The notes under the pieces: model-generated
Database searches by the model: none
The model's input: only the letters and a program-made list of their open reading frames with translations
What the model was told of the DNA's origin: nothing
Assembly: GCA_965205865.1 (NCBI GenBank)
Contig: CBDBHR010000030.1
Location: forward strand, 288,001 to 352,000
Reading direction: 5' to 3'
DNA length: 64,000 nucleotides
Source: a bacterium
Lineage (GTDB): Bacteria > SAR324 > NAC60-12
Position numbers and translations under genes: made by a program
Shown here: positions 44,762 to 55,869 of the stretch, piece after piece
How the letters are laid out: every line of letters begins with the position of its first letter
Position numbering within the stretch: position 1 is the stretch's first letter

Positions 44762-46195
44762 ATGGAGTTTGAGCCCGTCATTGGTTTAGAAATTCATGCC
44801 CAGTTGGCCACCGAGTCCAAAATTTTCTGCCGTTGTTCTACGGAATACGGGGTGTCTGCGAACAAAAACACCTGTCCGGTCTGTATGGGATTGCCTGGCG
44901 TTTTGCCGGTATTGAATAAAAAAGTACTGGAATTCGCGGTGCGTTTGGGATTGGTAACCCATTGCGCGATTCGACTCGATTCTCAATTCGCGCGCAAAAA
45001 TTATTTTTATCCGGATTTGCCCAAAGCCTACCAGATTTCGCAATTTGACCGCCCCATTTGTGAAAATGGTTGGCTCGACGTCGAAGTCGACGGGCGTGCC
45101 AAACGGATCGGCATCACGCGCATCCACATGGAAGAAGATGCCGGCAAACTGCTCCATGAGGAGGGAAACGGTTCCAGCAGTTATGTCGATTTGAATCGAG
45201 CTGGAGTGCCCTTGTTGGAAATCGTCAGCGAACCGGATTTACGTTCTCCGCAGGAAGCAAAAGCCTACATGGAAAAAATTCACGCCCTGGTGACCTATCT
45301 TCAGATTTCCGATGGGGATATGGAAAAAGGCAATCTGCGCTGTGACGCCAATGTTTCCATCCGTCCGAAAGGACAGCAAAGTTTCGGCACCCGCACTGAA
45401 ACAAAAAATATCAACTCGTTTCGTTTTGTACAACAAGCCATCGATTATGAAATCGAACGTCAAACCTGGGAAATCCTGGATGGACACGAAATCACTCAGG
45501 AAACACGTCAGTGGGATGCCGGGAAAAAAGTGACTTATAGCATGCGCAGCAAAGAGGAGGCACACGATTATCGCTATTTCCCCGATCCCGATCTGCCAAT
45601 TGTCCATATTTCTCGAGCATGGATCGATAACATCGCACTGCAGTTACCGGAACTGGCGGATGCTAAACAAAAACGTTTTGTCGCCGAATATCAATTACGT
45701 GAGGAAGACGCAAAACGGTTGGTCGCCGATCGCGCAGTGGCCGATTACTATGAGGCGGTGATGGCCAACAATACGCATGCCAAACTGGCCTTCAGTTGGG
45801 TGATGATGGAGTTGGGACGGGTGATGAACGAAACAAAAACCGGCATTGATGAAATCGGCATTCCTCCCCGCCAGTTGGCAGAATTGATCAAAATGATTGC
45901 AGACAACTCCATCAGTGGAAAAATCGCCAAGAAGGTTTTCGAGGAGATGCTCTGCAGGGATCAATCTCCTCGCGCTATCGTGGAAGCCAAAGGCTTGAAA
46001 CAAATCTCCGATTCCGGCGCACTGGAAAACTTGGTCGTGGAGACCATCCGCAAAAACCCCGTTCAGGCGCAGCAATACCGGGACGGAAAAACCAAAGTTT
46101 TCGGCTTTTTTGTAGGACAAATCATGAAAGCGTCCAAAGAACAAGCCAATCCTCGAATCGTCAACCAAATATTGAAAGAAAAACTCGATGGATAA
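44762..46195 (+). CDS. gatB: Asp/Glu-tRNA amidotransferase subunit B
   Basis: VIGLEIHAQL, RKNYFYPDLPKAYQISQ, DYRYFPDPDL. Confidence 0.97.
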   Translation: MEFEPVIGLEIHAQLATESKIFCRCSTEYGVSANKNTCPVCMGLPGVLPVLNKKVLEFAVRLGLVTHCAIRLDSQFARKNYFYPDLPKAYQISQFDRPICENGWLDVEVDGRAKRIGITRIHMEEDAGKLLHEEGNGSSSYVDLNRAGVPLLEIVSEPDLRSPQEAKAYMEKIHALVTYLQISDGDMEKGNLRCDANVSIRPKGQQSFGTRTETKNINSFRFVQQAIDYEIERQTWEILDGHEITQETRQWDAGKKVTYSMRSKEEAHDYRYFPDPDLPIVHISRAWIDNIALQLPELADAKQKRFVAEYQLREEDAKRLVADRAVADYYEAVMANNTHAKLAFSWVMMELGRVMNETKTGIDEIGIPPRQLAELIKMIADNSISGKIAKKVFEEMLCRDQSPRAIVEAKGLKQISDSGALENLVVETIRKNPVQAQQYRDGKTKVFGFFVGQIMKASKEQANPRIVNQILKEKLDG

Positions 46196-46928
46196 GCAAC
46201 GTTTTGAAAATCCATGGATGATGCGTGGAATCAAAATTCTGGAACCCCTTTCCCTCATGTGTCTTCTTGGATGCGGGATATGGATTTTCTCCGGCACTCC
46301 CACAGAAAAAGAAATGGGATTCGTACAAAAAATCATGTACCTTCACGTTCCCACGGTTATCGTGACTTATACCGCATTTTTCGTGGTGTTTGCCTTTGGT
46401 ATCGCTTATTTGTGGAAACAAGACTTGTTTTTTGACCAGGTGGCCAAATCATCTGCTCAAATAGGGTTGATTTTCTGCGGGCTTGTGTTGATCACCGGGG
46501 CTATCTGGGGCAAACCGACTTGGGGAACTTATTGGGTTTGGGATGCCCGCCTGACTACCACTCTATTACTCTTTCTCATTTTTGCGGGATATTTTTTGCT
46601 GCGCGCCTTTTCGAAAGAAAGAGAAAGGGAAGCGCGATTTGCTTCTGTTTTGGGCATCATTGGATTTTTGGACATTCCCATTATCCACAAGTCCGTGGAA
46701 TGGTGGCGCACGCTTCACCAGCCTACCACTTTGTTGAAAGTGGGGACGGCAGGAGAAGCCAATCCGGCCATGCCTTCCGAGTTGCTCCTGCCACTGTTGG
46801 CCGCCATGGGGGCCATGTTGATTTTTTATCTCTATCTTCTCTTGTTGCGTCTCCACCTGGAACGTCAACATCACACCTTGCAAGAGAGGATTGTCGAATA
46901 CGAAGGAGAGTCGCAGCCATGCCAATGA
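46188..46928 (+). CDS. ccmC: Cytochrome c maturation protein C
   Basis: YLHVP, WGKPTWGTYWVWDARLT (WWD motif), WWRTLHQ. Confidence 0.93.
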   Translation: MDKQRFENPWMMRGIKILEPLSLMCLLGCGIWIFSGTPTEKEMGFVQKIMYLHVPTVIVTYTAFFVVFAFGIAYLWKQDLFFDQVAKSSAQIGLIFCGLVLITGAIWGKPTWGTYWVWDARLTTTLLLFLIFAGYFLLRAFSKEREREARFASVLGIIGFLDIPIIHKSVEWWRTLHQPTTLLKVGTAGEANPAMPSELLLPLLAAMGAMLIFYLYLLLLRLHLERQHHTLQERIVEYEGESQPCQ

Positions 46929-47059
46929 ATTTGGAATTTGTTATCAGCACCTACGGGATTTGGATGGCTACCATGATCATTTATGTTTGGCTCATGAGAC
47001 GCAAATTGAAAAACTGCAACCATGCTTTGGAAAACCTGGATCAAGAGCAAAAATCGTGA
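46925..47059 (+). CDS. ccmD: Heme exporter protein D
   Basis: 44 aa MNLEFVISTYGIWMATMIIYVWLMRRK..., overlapping the ccmC stop and ccmE start. Confidence 0.7.
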   Translation: MNLEFVISTYGIWMATMIIYVWLMRRKLKNCNHALENLDQEQKS

Positions 47060-47493
47060 AAAGCACCTATAAATTTTTAATCGGTGGCTTGGTCATTTTT
47101 GCCATGCTGGCTGCCATATCGATTCAAGGCTTGCAGGAAATGACCGTGTTTTTTCATACGCCTGAGGAAATTCTCGCCGCTCCTGCCGATTTCGAAAACA
47201 AAACAATTCGCATCGGCGCCCTGGTGCAGCCCGGCAGTGTGGAATGGGATGCCAAAACCCTCATCCTTTCCTTCAACGTGACGGAAGATTCCAAGCAATT
47301 CATTCCGGTGGTCTATGTAGGGGTGAAACCGGATATGTTTCGTGAAGGACAAGGGGTGGTCGTGGAGGGAAAAATGCAAGGCCAGGTATTCACAGCGCAT
47401 CAACTGCTCGTAAAACACAGTGAAGAGTACAAACTGGACCCGGAAACTCATAAAAGTAAAAAAGATTATTATAAAACCCTCAGTGAGTCCTGA
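47056..47493 (+). CDS. ccmE: Cytochrome c maturation heme chaperone
   Basis: GTG start, N-terminal TM, PDMFREGQGVVVEG, KHSEEY (HxxxY heme motif). Confidence 0.92.
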   Translation: MKSTYKFLIGGLVIFAMLAAISIQGLQEMTVFFHTPEEILAAPADFENKTIRIGALVQPGSVEWDAKTLILSFNVTEDSKQFIPVVYVGVKPDMFREGQGVVVEGKMQGQVFTAHQLLVKHSEEYKLDPETHKSKKDYYKTLSES

Positions 47494-47900
47494 AACAATC
47501 TCGAAATTCCGAATCACTCTTGATTCCTGAAAACAGTTTTCAAAAAAAAGAGCGATTCTCCTGCAAAAACAGCAAAATCTCTATATTTTCAAACACTCAC
47601 CGGACTGATGTTCGATCTCTGGAATGGAAACGATTACCTGACCAGTGACGGCACGTATGCATTCATGGCAACCAGGGAAGGATCATCCCAGGCAAAAGCT
47701 TTTGATTGCATCGGCGTGAGCATGCGGATCTGAATCATATGATCCAGCCTGATCAGACCATTTTTTGGCTCATGCCGAAGATGGACCGCTAAAGATTTTC
47801 TGAAAGCGTATCGTTGCGAAGGATTTAATGGGGTTTGGGAAATTGTCAGTTCTCACCGAACAGATACTTACCGGACGGCGTATGCGATCAAACTAGAAAA

Positions 47901-48152
47901 TCATACCAGGTGGTCGGTCCCCAGCAGGTATTTTCCTGACGCTGGGCTCAGCCTGTCTATCAGGTGAATCTCGCTCACCCCGTAGGGGGCCAGAACCTCG
48001 GCAAAGATCGCCACCAGAATCAAGAACAAGGTGACCATCCCGCCAAACGTCCCGAGGGGCTTCTCCTTGAGAAGCCTGATGAAGAAATCCACAAACCGAC
48101 CTCGTCGCTTGGGTTCACTGACTTTGGATGGGAATTCTATGGTGTCACTCAT
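47901..48152 (-). pseudogene. dppC 5' fragment
   Basis: KEKPLG...LAPYG...KYLLGTDHL, then truncated. Confidence 0.8.
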
Positions 48153-48171
48153 GTTCTCGATTTCTCTATAG

Positions 48172-48256
48172 GTAGGGCCGGTGGTCCGGCATTCCGGTGA
48201 CGTCCCGGCCTGAAAAACGCATCGCTCGCATTGACCGGGACGTCACCCGGCCCTAC
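48172..48256. repeat. GTAGGG...CCCTAC REP-like palindrome
   Basis: gtagggccgg...gtgacgtcccgg...ccgggacgtcacccggccctac. Confidence 0.6.
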
Positions 48257-48278
48257 CGTATAGCTTTCGCGCCAGCGA

Positions 48279-48603
48279 CTATTCATACCGCACCCTCGGG
48301 TCCAGATAGGGATAAATCAGGTCGATGAGGAGATTGAGCAGCACCACCCCGGTGGCGAAAAAGAGGTTGATTCCGGAGACCATCGGGTAGTCTCTCTCAT
48401 TGAGGGCATTCACCAAGAGACGGCCGATCGCCGGCAGGTTGAAGATGTTTCCCATGATCACCGCGCCCCCAACCAGGATCGGCAACTGCAGGCCGCAGAG
48501 AGGCTGGGCGGCCGCAGCGCGGCCAATAAGCCCAGCTGAACGCGTCACCACCGGGATGAGGGCATTTTTGAGGGTGTGCCGGATCACCACGGCCCGCTCC
48601 TTC
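48279..48603 (-). pseudogene. dppB 3' fragment with a 42-bp hairpin insertion
   Basis: RHTLKNALIPVVT-RSAGLIGRAAAAQPLC-GLQLP...YLDPRVRYE. Confidence 0.85.
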
Positions 48604-48815
48604 ATTTCAATCGAGAAAATAAAAGACAATTTAATATTTGACCCCTTTCCGCCACTCGGTCCTGACCGCCTCTTCTTTTTGAAGCTCAAAAGGACACTTT
48701 CAGAGACACCGTAAGAGGGCGAGAGCAAAATCTATGAGGAGCAACTATTTCTCATGGCACTTGCCCCCTTTGAAGATTACACAATAGCAAAGATAAGACG
48801 TGGTTTCATGACATG

Positions 48816-49021
48816 GAAGGAAGCAAACAGGGGACCGCCGCAGTCCCCCATCCCGGAGGCAAGTATGCTACGAAAAATAGCGAGTGTTTTGAAGGCGCCG
48901 CCCGCTGGTCTTGAGGAAAAGTAAGTTTGAATGACCCCCATATTGGATCGCGCTATTGCAGGAAAGGAAGAACAGTGGTAAATTGCAAAGAGTTATTTCA
49001 GATTGAGGAAAAAAGGAAGTT
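48816..49021 (+). promoter_or_regulatory. Repeated ~200-bp leader/promoter element, copy 1
   Basis: Two hairpins, TTGCAG-17-TAAATT (48956-48984) and RBS. Homologous to 53466, 55541 and 58265. Confidence 0.7.
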
Positions 49022-49696
49022 ATGAAAAGATTTTGGATCATTTGGTTGATGGGAGGCGTGAGCTGGTTGCTGAGCCATGGGGCGGTTTATGGGCAACCAA
49101 CGCTGGGATTTACCCAGGAAGATCGAGAGCGCATCATTCGGCTGGAAACCACCTTAACGCTCTTTATGGAAGCTACTGATCAGCGGTTTATCGAATTACG
49201 GGAAGACATAAACAAACGCTTTGAACAGGTAGATAAACGCTTTGAACAGGTAGATCAGCGGTTTATCGAATTACGGGAAGATATGAATATCCGCTTTATC
49301 GAATTACGGGAAGACATGAATAAACGCTTTGAACAAGCAGATAAGCGCTTTGCGCAGGTGGATCAACGCTTTGAAGACATGAACAACCGCTTTGAACAGA
49401 TGATGAATACCTTGCAGCTGATTGCCGGCATTTTTACCGTCCTGACTCTGGGTGTCATCGGATTTGCCTATTGGGACCGACGCACTATTATTCGCAAAGC
49501 AAAACAAGAGACCCTGGAAACGCTGGAGCGGGACGCCGCTCCTAAAGAAGAAGCGATCATTGACCGAGCTGTAGCGCAAGCGGTTCAAGAGATCAAAAAA
49601 GACAATCGTCTGCAAGACTTGATCGCTGCCTTACGCATATTGGCCGCCACTGACCCACCTCTGGCAAACGTTCTCAAAGAATTTCATTTATTATAG
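49022..49696 (+). CDS. Signal-peptide, heptad/hendecad coiled-coil membrane protein, copy 1
   Basis: FTQEDRERIIRLETTL, repeats FEQVDKR / FIELREDMNKR, TM IAGIFTVLTLGVIGFAYW. Confidence 0.85.
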   Translation: MKRFWIIWLMGGVSWLLSHGAVYGQPTLGFTQEDRERIIRLETTLTLFMEATDQRFIELREDINKRFEQVDKRFEQVDQRFIELREDMNIRFIELREDMNKRFEQADKRFAQVDQRFEDMNNRFEQMMNTLQLIAGIFTVLTLGVIGFAYWDRRTIIRKAKQETLETLERDAAPKEEAIIDRAVAQAVQEIKKDNRLQDLIAALRILAATDPPLANVLKEFHLL

Positions 49697-49949
49697 ACTC
49701 CCTCACAACCCAGGGCGTTATCCTGGGCTAATATGTTAAGCCTTTTCAGGGCCACTTTGAGCAATTTTGCACTTATAATTAAGATAAGTCCCGCATAGGG
49801 TGGGGTTGGGGGTGAGATGTCGCGGAAAGGGGTGAAGAAAAGTTTCTGTCCTTTTTCTTTCGCCCCTTGATATCTACTAGCCCCTTGATATCTACTATGA
49901 TATAAAAAAAGTAGCGACTTTCCCATTAAGAGTTTCACCGGAGGATAAG

Positions 49950-50215
49950 ATGCCTTTTCCAGAATATTTAACCTTAGCAGAGTTCAAAAAACTCCCGGTT
50001 GAGCACATTTTACTATCAATATCGTCAGAGCAGCAAAGTGTGACGGTGCAATTGCCGGATGGGAATGAAATTATTATACGCCCTGAGTCTCCATTGAAAC
50101 CTTTACCTGTATTAAAAGGGCATATTCCAAAAGGTTAGAAAGAAGCCATTTATCATGAGTCAGAGTGATTTGATCTTATTTGATGCAGGAATGTTCATTG
50201 GCGCATTATTACAGG
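49950..50215 (+). pseudogene. Decayed antitoxin plus PIN toxin N-terminus
   Basis: ...LKPLPVLKGHIPKG*KEAIYHE, overlapped by MSQSDLILFDAGMFIGALL (from 50155), which is truncated. Confidence 0.5.
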
Positions 50216-50677
50216 AAAGAGATTGGAGTCAATTGCGTCAAAGCCATTTGGCATTTGGTCGTTTCATTCGGATTTTTCCTCGTCATCGCTTTATCCGTCA
50301 AGAGTGGAAAATCTCCGTTGCTCAATTGTGACAACATATTCATCACCTTCGTCCCTTGGCTGATACCATTGAGCGTTTAGCTCCAGCACTTTCCAGAGAA
50401 AGACCCAATGTAGAATATCCATGGAAATCTCCAGATAATCAACTCTATATCCTTGTCATTATGAATTTAATGAAATACTGGAAGAACTAGAGAGTGTTCG
50501 AGGAAGGAATTTGCTAAAATTGATGAACAGGATCATTTCAGATGAGAAATGGTCTGTGGCTTTTGGAATAGGATAATAATATATTTCATTATAACTGTAT
50601 TTCAGGAATTCTGAGATGAGGTGTCCCCATTGTGATTATGAGGAAGCTCAAGAAGTTTTCACAACAAAAGCTCTTAT

Positions 50678-50837
50678 CCCTGAGCCCCTTGGATCAGGAG
50701 GCGCGAATATAGTCCTGCCGGAGAACCTCCAGCATCATGGTGCGCATCATCCGCACGGTGGCGGCCGCCGAGACCGTTCCTAGAATCACGCTGGGGATGA
50801 GGAACGCCGCGAGATTCCCCAGCGGGTCCACGGTGAA
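50678..50837 (-). pseudogene. dppB internal fragment
   Basis: DPLGNLAAFLIPSVILGT...RMMRTMMLEVLRQDYIR. Confidence 0.75.
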
Positions 50838-50962
50838 ATTAGTGCTTTAAGATTCACTCCATCGGCACTAATTCTGCACGTTTCCAAACTAAACCAAATT
50901 AGAGTTGAGGAGAGTCCTCACCGTCATTCAGGAAAACCGAGAGGAATTTATCAGGAGATGGG

Positions 50963-51202
50963 ATGAAATTGTTACGCGGAACGAAAGTTGAACTCGATCA
51001 GAAATACCTCCATGTCACGCTAGCGGATGGGCGCATAATTTCGACGCCTCTTTCCTGGTATGAAGAACTGACTCATGCCACAGAAGACCAGCTCCATCAC
51101 TATAAATTTCTTGGCAACGGATTGGTCATCGAGTGGCATGATTTGGATTTCCATCTGGATGTTCAAGAGATGAGTATGGAAATTCAAGAAAAAGCGGCCT
51201 GA
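50963..51202 (+). CDS. DUF2442-type protein, preceded by a DUF4160-like 3' remnant
   Basis: LHVTLADGRIISTPLSWY...IEWHDLDFHL. Upstream overlapping scrap ELRRVLTVIQENREEFIRRWDE. Confidence 0.75.
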   Translation: MKLLRGTKVELDQKYLHVTLADGRIISTPLSWYEELTHATEDQLHHYKFLGNGLVIEWHDLDFHLDVQEMSMEIQEKAA

Positions 51203-51369
51203 TTGGCAGAAGTAAGGATAGGCGTTTTTGACAAACTTCGGTAGCAGGGTATGCCATGCGGTGGTCCCCTCGTAGGCTTGGCGGAGCTGGCAAAGGAAGG
51301 GTCCCCTGGAGAGGGGCTCCGACTTACCCGGGCGGAGTGCCGCAATATAGGTTTCCTCTTCTTTCCTGG

Positions 51370-51913
51370 CTGCCAGAAAATAGTCATTCTCTTTAATGCC
51401 CACCACAGCGCCACGGATGACTCGGGAGCCGCCGACACCTCCGTCAACCCCCAGGACCACGATGATCTGGAGGAGCCCTTGTCACACAATGGACATGATG
51501 GTTAACTAGAGCAGCAGCCCCTGGAAGGCCATCCAGGTATCGACAAAGCGCTGCACCGCCAGGTCCACTTTCCCTCCAAGGTATCCGGAAGTGCCGCCGA
51601 TCAGGACCGCGATGAGTACGTTGAGCGCCGTCGCAGCCAAACCGACGGATAAGGAAATACGAGCTCCGTAGAGCAGGCGGTTAAATAAGTCCCCTCCCAA
51701 GTGGTTGGTCCCCAACAGATATTGGACGGATGGGGCTTGCAGTATGTCGGCCAGGTGCATTTCCCGATAGGGATAAGGCGCCAGAACATCGGCAAAAAGC
51801 GCCACCACAATAAAGAGCAAGACGATCATCCCGCAGGCCTTCCCCAGGGGCTTCTCCCGCCACAGCCGGATGAAGAAATCCGCAAACCGGCCCCGTCGCT
51901 TGGATTCACTCAT
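51370..51913 (-). pseudogene. dppC 5' half, frameshifted and truncated
   Basis: REKPLG...QRFVDTWMAF, then GGSRVIRGAVVGIKENDYFLAAR in another frame. Confidence 0.8.
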
Positions 51914-52410
51914 ACCGTACTCTCGGGTCCAGATAGGGAAAAATCAGGTCGATGAGGAGATTGAGCAGCGCTACCCCGGTGGCGAAAAACAGATTGATTC
52001 CGGAGACCATCAGGTAGTCTCGCTCATTGAGGGCATTCACCAGGAAACGACCGAGCTCCGGCAGGTTGAAGATGTTCTCCATGATCACCGCGCCCCCGAC
52101 CAGGATAGGCAACTGCAGGCCGATCGGAGCACCACCGGGATGATGGCATTTTTGAGGGTGTGCCGGATAATCACGACCCGCTCCCTGTGTCTTTTGGACC
52201 AGGCGGTTCGGATATAATCCTGCCGGATCACCTCCAGCATCATGGTCCGGGTCAAGCACATAGTCGTCTCCGAGACCCACATGCCCAAAATTATGGCGGG
52301 AATGGCGAACATTTGAAGGTTCCCCAGGGGGGCATCGGTAAATCGAATCAGTTCCATTGAAGGTGATCACTACCACCAGACGGAGGGGTAAATGATGACG
52401 ACAGTCCCGA
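51906..52410 (-). pseudogene. dppB 3' half, frameshifted (no hairpin insertion)
   Basis: LEVIRQDYIRTAWSK / IGLQLPILVGG...YLDPRVRYE. Confidence 0.8.
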
Positions 52411-52620
52411 TGAACTTTGTCATTCTCTGCCCAATAAGCTAAATGAGGTCCTTTGCTTGACGAAAAGTTAATCATAAACTGTTACGTGTCCCCAGTTTTC
52501 ACTTACCTCAGTTAAAAATTGAAATAAATCTGGTCCGTTGAAGTTCGTTGAGCAACTTGTCTCTCTGCCAAATCTTTGCTACACTTTTATTCAGTGGAAT
52601 GACTCATCCTGAGAAGAAAG

Positions 52621-52875
52621 ATGGAATCAAAAATGACGATTGAATATCCGGCAAATTTGCCTGATATTTTGCAAGCCACTCGTTTGCAGTTTGAGCAGGA
52701 AGCACGAATGGCGATGGCTGTGAAACTGTTTGAAATGAAGCGCATCTCTTCAGGAATAGCGGCTGCTTTGGCTGGGATGGATCGTGTTTCATTTTTACTC
52801 CAGTTGCACCGATATGGAACCACAATGATCGATTTAGAAGAAGAAGAGTTGATCTCGGATATGGAAAATGCCTGA
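52621..52875 (+). CDS. UPF0175-family antitoxin-like protein
   Basis: AMAVKLFEMKRISSGIAAALAGMDRVSFL. Confidence 0.8.
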   Translation: MESKMTIEYPANLPDILQATRLQFEQEARMAMAVKLFEMKRISSGIAAALAGMDRVSFLLQLHRYGTTMIDLEEEELISDMENA

Positions 52876-53368
52876 AGCTGCTAAAATTGTCGTCAATACG
52901 GGTCCGATTTTGGCGCTTGTCGCAGCATTAGGTGATTTGAAAGTGTTACGCGCTCTCTACCAAGAGGTTTGGGTTCCTTTTGAAGTCTGCCAGGAAATAG
53001 AAGCAGGAGGTTCTCCAGGTTTTGCAGTCGAGGCATTTTTAGCAGAGCGCTGGTTCACCAAAACTTCCACCTCCCTTGAAATACCTTCTTTACTCCTCAA
53101 TTCTCTGGATCGTGGAGAGGCTTCCGTTATTCAACTGGCCCTGGAAAAAGAGATTCCCACAGTCTGTATTGATGAAGCAGCGGGTAGGCGTGTTGCCCGG
53201 TTAAGCGGATTAAACCTCACAGGATCAATCGGAATTTTACTACGCGCTCATCACGAAGTGTACCCATTTTCCATAGAAGACGCCATTCAAGGCATGCAGG
53301 ATAAAGGAGTTTGGCTCAGCCAGAGCATCATTGATTTCGTGCTGACTCAAATACAAGAAAATCACTAG
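52868..53368 (+). CDS. DUF3368 PIN-domain protein
   Basis: IVVNTGPIL, LDRGEASVI, IDEAAGRRVA, TGSIGILLRA. Confidence 0.85.
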   Translation: MPEAAKIVVNTGPILALVAALGDLKVLRALYQEVWVPFEVCQEIEAGGSPGFAVEAFLAERWFTKTSTSLEIPSLLLNSLDRGEASVIQLALEKEIPTVCIDEAAGRRVARLSGLNLTGSIGILLRAHHEVYPFSIEDAIQGMQDKGVWLSQSIIDFVLTQIQENH

Positions 53369-53465
53369 CGTATGCGAATCAAAACCAATTATGGTTGAAG
53401 TTCAAGAGCATGCGCAATGACTTCTGTTTCACCACAATCAAAGGTTGAATCATTTTGTTAAGGTA

Positions 53466-53674
53466 GAAGGAAGAAGACAGGAGACCACTAAAGCAGTCCC
53501 CCATCCCGGAGAATATTATGTTACAAAAATTGGCGGGTGTTTTGAAGGCGCCGCCCGCTGGTCTTGAGGAAAAGTGAGCTTGAATGACCCCAATATTGGA
53601 TCGCACTATTGCAGGAAAGGAAGAACAGTGGTAAACTGCAAATAGTTATTTCAAATTGAGGAAAAAAGGAAGTT
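53466..53674 (+). promoter_or_regulatory. Repeated leader/promoter element, copy 2
   Basis: TTGCAG-17-TAAACT at 53609-53637; same hairpins. Confidence 0.7.
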
Positions 53675-54232
53675 ATGAGAAGATTTTGGATCACTTTGTT
53701 TCTGGGAGCAATGAGCTTTTTGCTGAGCCATGTAGTGGTTTATGGGCAACAAACGCTCGGATTTACCCAGGATGATCGAGAGCGTATCATTCGGCTGGAA
53801 ACCACCTTAACGCTCTTTATGGAAGCTACTGATAAGCGGTTTATCGAATTACGGGAAGATATGAACAACCGCTCGAAGCAGGTTGACAAGCGCTTTGTCG
53901 AATTACGAGAAGACATGAACAAGCGCTTTGAACAAATGATGAATACCTTACAACTGATTGCCGGCATTTTTACCGTCCTGACTCTGGGTGTCATCGGATT
54001 TGCTTATTGGGACCGACGCACCATCATTCGCAAAGCCAAAGAAGAGACTCTGGAAACGCTGGCAGGGGAGGCCGCCCCTAAAGAACAAGCGACAATCGAC
54101 CAGGCTGTGGCGCAAGCGGTGCAGGAAATCAAAAAAGACCAGCGTCTGCCAGACTTGCTCTCGGCTTTACGAAAACTGGCCGCCACCGACCCGCCTCTGG
54201 CGAACGTGCTCAAAGAATTTCATTTATTGTAG
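53675..54232 (+). CDS. Coiled-coil membrane protein, copy 2 (185 aa)
   Basis: Paralog of 49022 with fewer repeats. Confidence 0.85.
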   Translation: MRRFWITLFLGAMSFLLSHVVVYGQQTLGFTQDDRERIIRLETTLTLFMEATDKRFIELREDMNNRSKQVDKRFVELREDMNKRFEQMMNTLQLIAGIFTVLTLGVIGFAYWDRRTIIRKAKEETLETLAGEAAPKEQATIDQAVAQAVQEIKKDQRLPDLLSALRKLAATDPPLANVLKEFHLL

Positions 54233-54290
54233 CTTCAATCACGCTCCTCACTACTTAGAGGGAGGGGAAGCGCTTATCCGGAAAACCCCT

Positions 54291-54692
54291 TTATTCATAC
54301 CGCACTCTCGGGTCCAAATAGGGATAAATCAGGTCGATCATGAGATTGAGCAGCACCACCGCGGTGGCGAAAAAGAGGTTGACTCCGGAGACCATCGGGT
54401 AGTCTCGGTCATTGAGAGCACTCAGCAAGAGACGGCCGAGGCCCGGCAGGTTGAAGATGTTCTCCATGATCACGGCGCCTCCCACCAGGATCGGCAACTG
54501 CAGGCCGCAGAGAAGCTGGGCGGGCGCAGCGCGGCCAATAAGCCCAGCTGAACGCGTCACCACCGGGATGAGAGCATTTTTGTGGGTGTGCCGGATCACC
54601 ACGGCCCGCTCCTTGAGCCCCTTACCAGGCGGTGCGGATATAGTCCTGTCTTAAGACCTCCAGCATCATGGTGCGCATCATTCGCAGGGTGA
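54291..54692 (-). pseudogene. dppB 3' fragment with hairpin insertion
   Basis: RMMRTMMLEVLRQDYIRTAW...VVT-RSAGLIGRAAPAQLLC-GLQLP...YE. Confidence 0.85.
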
Positions 54693-54768
54693 CTTTACAT
54701 TCCATGTTCTGGTTCCTTCATAGCAATTTCTTATGATAAAGACCGAAGCTCAATTAAGGGAAGAAAAG

Positions 54769-55164
54769 TTAGGCAGCTAGGGTTTTTACATGAGAGTATT
54801 CCAATATATTTTGATCGACTGTCATTAAAGGATAATCATAAACTCTCGCAGTGGCCACTATGATCTGATCGGCTGGGTCCCGATGGAAATCTCCGGGAAG
54901 TTGGGTGGATTCTACCACAATCCGTGGCGTGAGTTCTATCGAATGGACACATGGATAGACCAAGGCTATATTTAACCACTCTTCGAGGGGATCTGACAAA
55001 TGCAACCGGCCATATTTTACCAGTCTGGCAACCTCCCAACACGAGATTGTGCTGATGGCCAGACCTTCTTCGGCTTGTTCACCCAGCCATTTGAGTTTTT
55101 CCGGGCTCAGCCGATCACTGCCATGAACCCACCAGACCCAGATATGGGTATCCAGAAGAATCAT
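54769..55164 (-). CDS. VapC/PIN toxin
   Basis: LLDTHIWVW, STISCWEV, HRDPADQIIVATA, LMTVD. Confidence 0.88.
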   Translation of the reverse strand: MILLDTHIWVWWVHGSDRLSPEKLKWLGEQAEEGLAISTISCWEVARLVKYGRLHLSDPLEEWLNIALVYPCVHSIELTPRIVVESTQLPGDFHRDPADQIIVATARVYDYPLMTVDQNILEYSHVKTLAA

Positions 55165-55376
55165 TTCAGCGCCTCCCAGTCTTCCAAAGCAACGGGAGCG
55201 GTAGGATCTTCGTAGGAGAAAGGTTTCCCACGTAAAGGATAGCGTGGAGCGGGCTGAGGTTTGGGAATAGTTTTGAGCACAATGACTTCCACCATTTCTC
55301 CTGCTTGAAAGGGTAGATGATTTAGCACCAAAGTGCCATCTTCGGAGAGAGTGGTTTCAATACGATGGGCTTGCAT
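55161..55376 (-). CDS. Putative antitoxin
   Basis: MQAHRIETTLSEDGTLVLNHLPFQAGEMVEVIV...DPTAPVALEDWE; ATGA overlap with the toxin. Confidence 0.75.
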   Translation of the reverse strand: MQAHRIETTLSEDGTLVLNHLPFQAGEMVEVIVLKTIPKPQPAPRYPLRGKPFSYEDPTAPVALEDWEALK

Positions 55377-55540
55377 GTTTGCCTTTCCTGAAAATGCAGT
55401 TTTTTTTCCAATGCATGGTCTTATTTTGGATTTGTTCAATCGCTTTTATTTTTATACAGCATTCCCTTGAATTTCTACAGAAAAAAATTTTACATCAGCT
55501 CCCCTGTAACGCTCTGATAGGGAATCCAATTGAGTAGCAC

Positions 55541-55732
55541 GAAAGGCAGAAGACAGGGGACCCCTAAAGCAGTCCCCTATCCTGGAGGTAAGTCTGTTAT
55601 AAAAAAATGGCGGGTGTTATGTAGGCACCCCCCGCTGGCCTTGAGGAAAAGTGAGTTTGAATGACCCCCATATTGGATCACACGATTGCATGAAAGGAAA
55701 AACAGTGGTAAACCAAGCCGTTATTTCAAATT
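55541..55732 (+). promoter_or_regulatory. Repeated leader/promoter element, copy 3, upstream of a TA pair
   Basis: TTGCAT-17-TAAACC at 55686-55714; same hairpins. Confidence 0.65.
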
Positions 55733-55869
55733 TCCCATCAAGAGATTAACCATCGGACTCACTGAATAAGGATGGGCGCTCAGTTGGGATGTGTAGGGAT
55801 CACACACTGAAAAATTCCTCTTCTCTTCCCAATCATTATGGCTCAATGAACCTTAGAAAAAAAAGCAGC

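Noticed and set aside
48604-48728. Novel N-terminus MLSPSYGV... fused to the dppB tail (also 58041-58181)
   Set aside because: Chance open frame across a rearrangement junction with a TTG start; stopped in the second copy.
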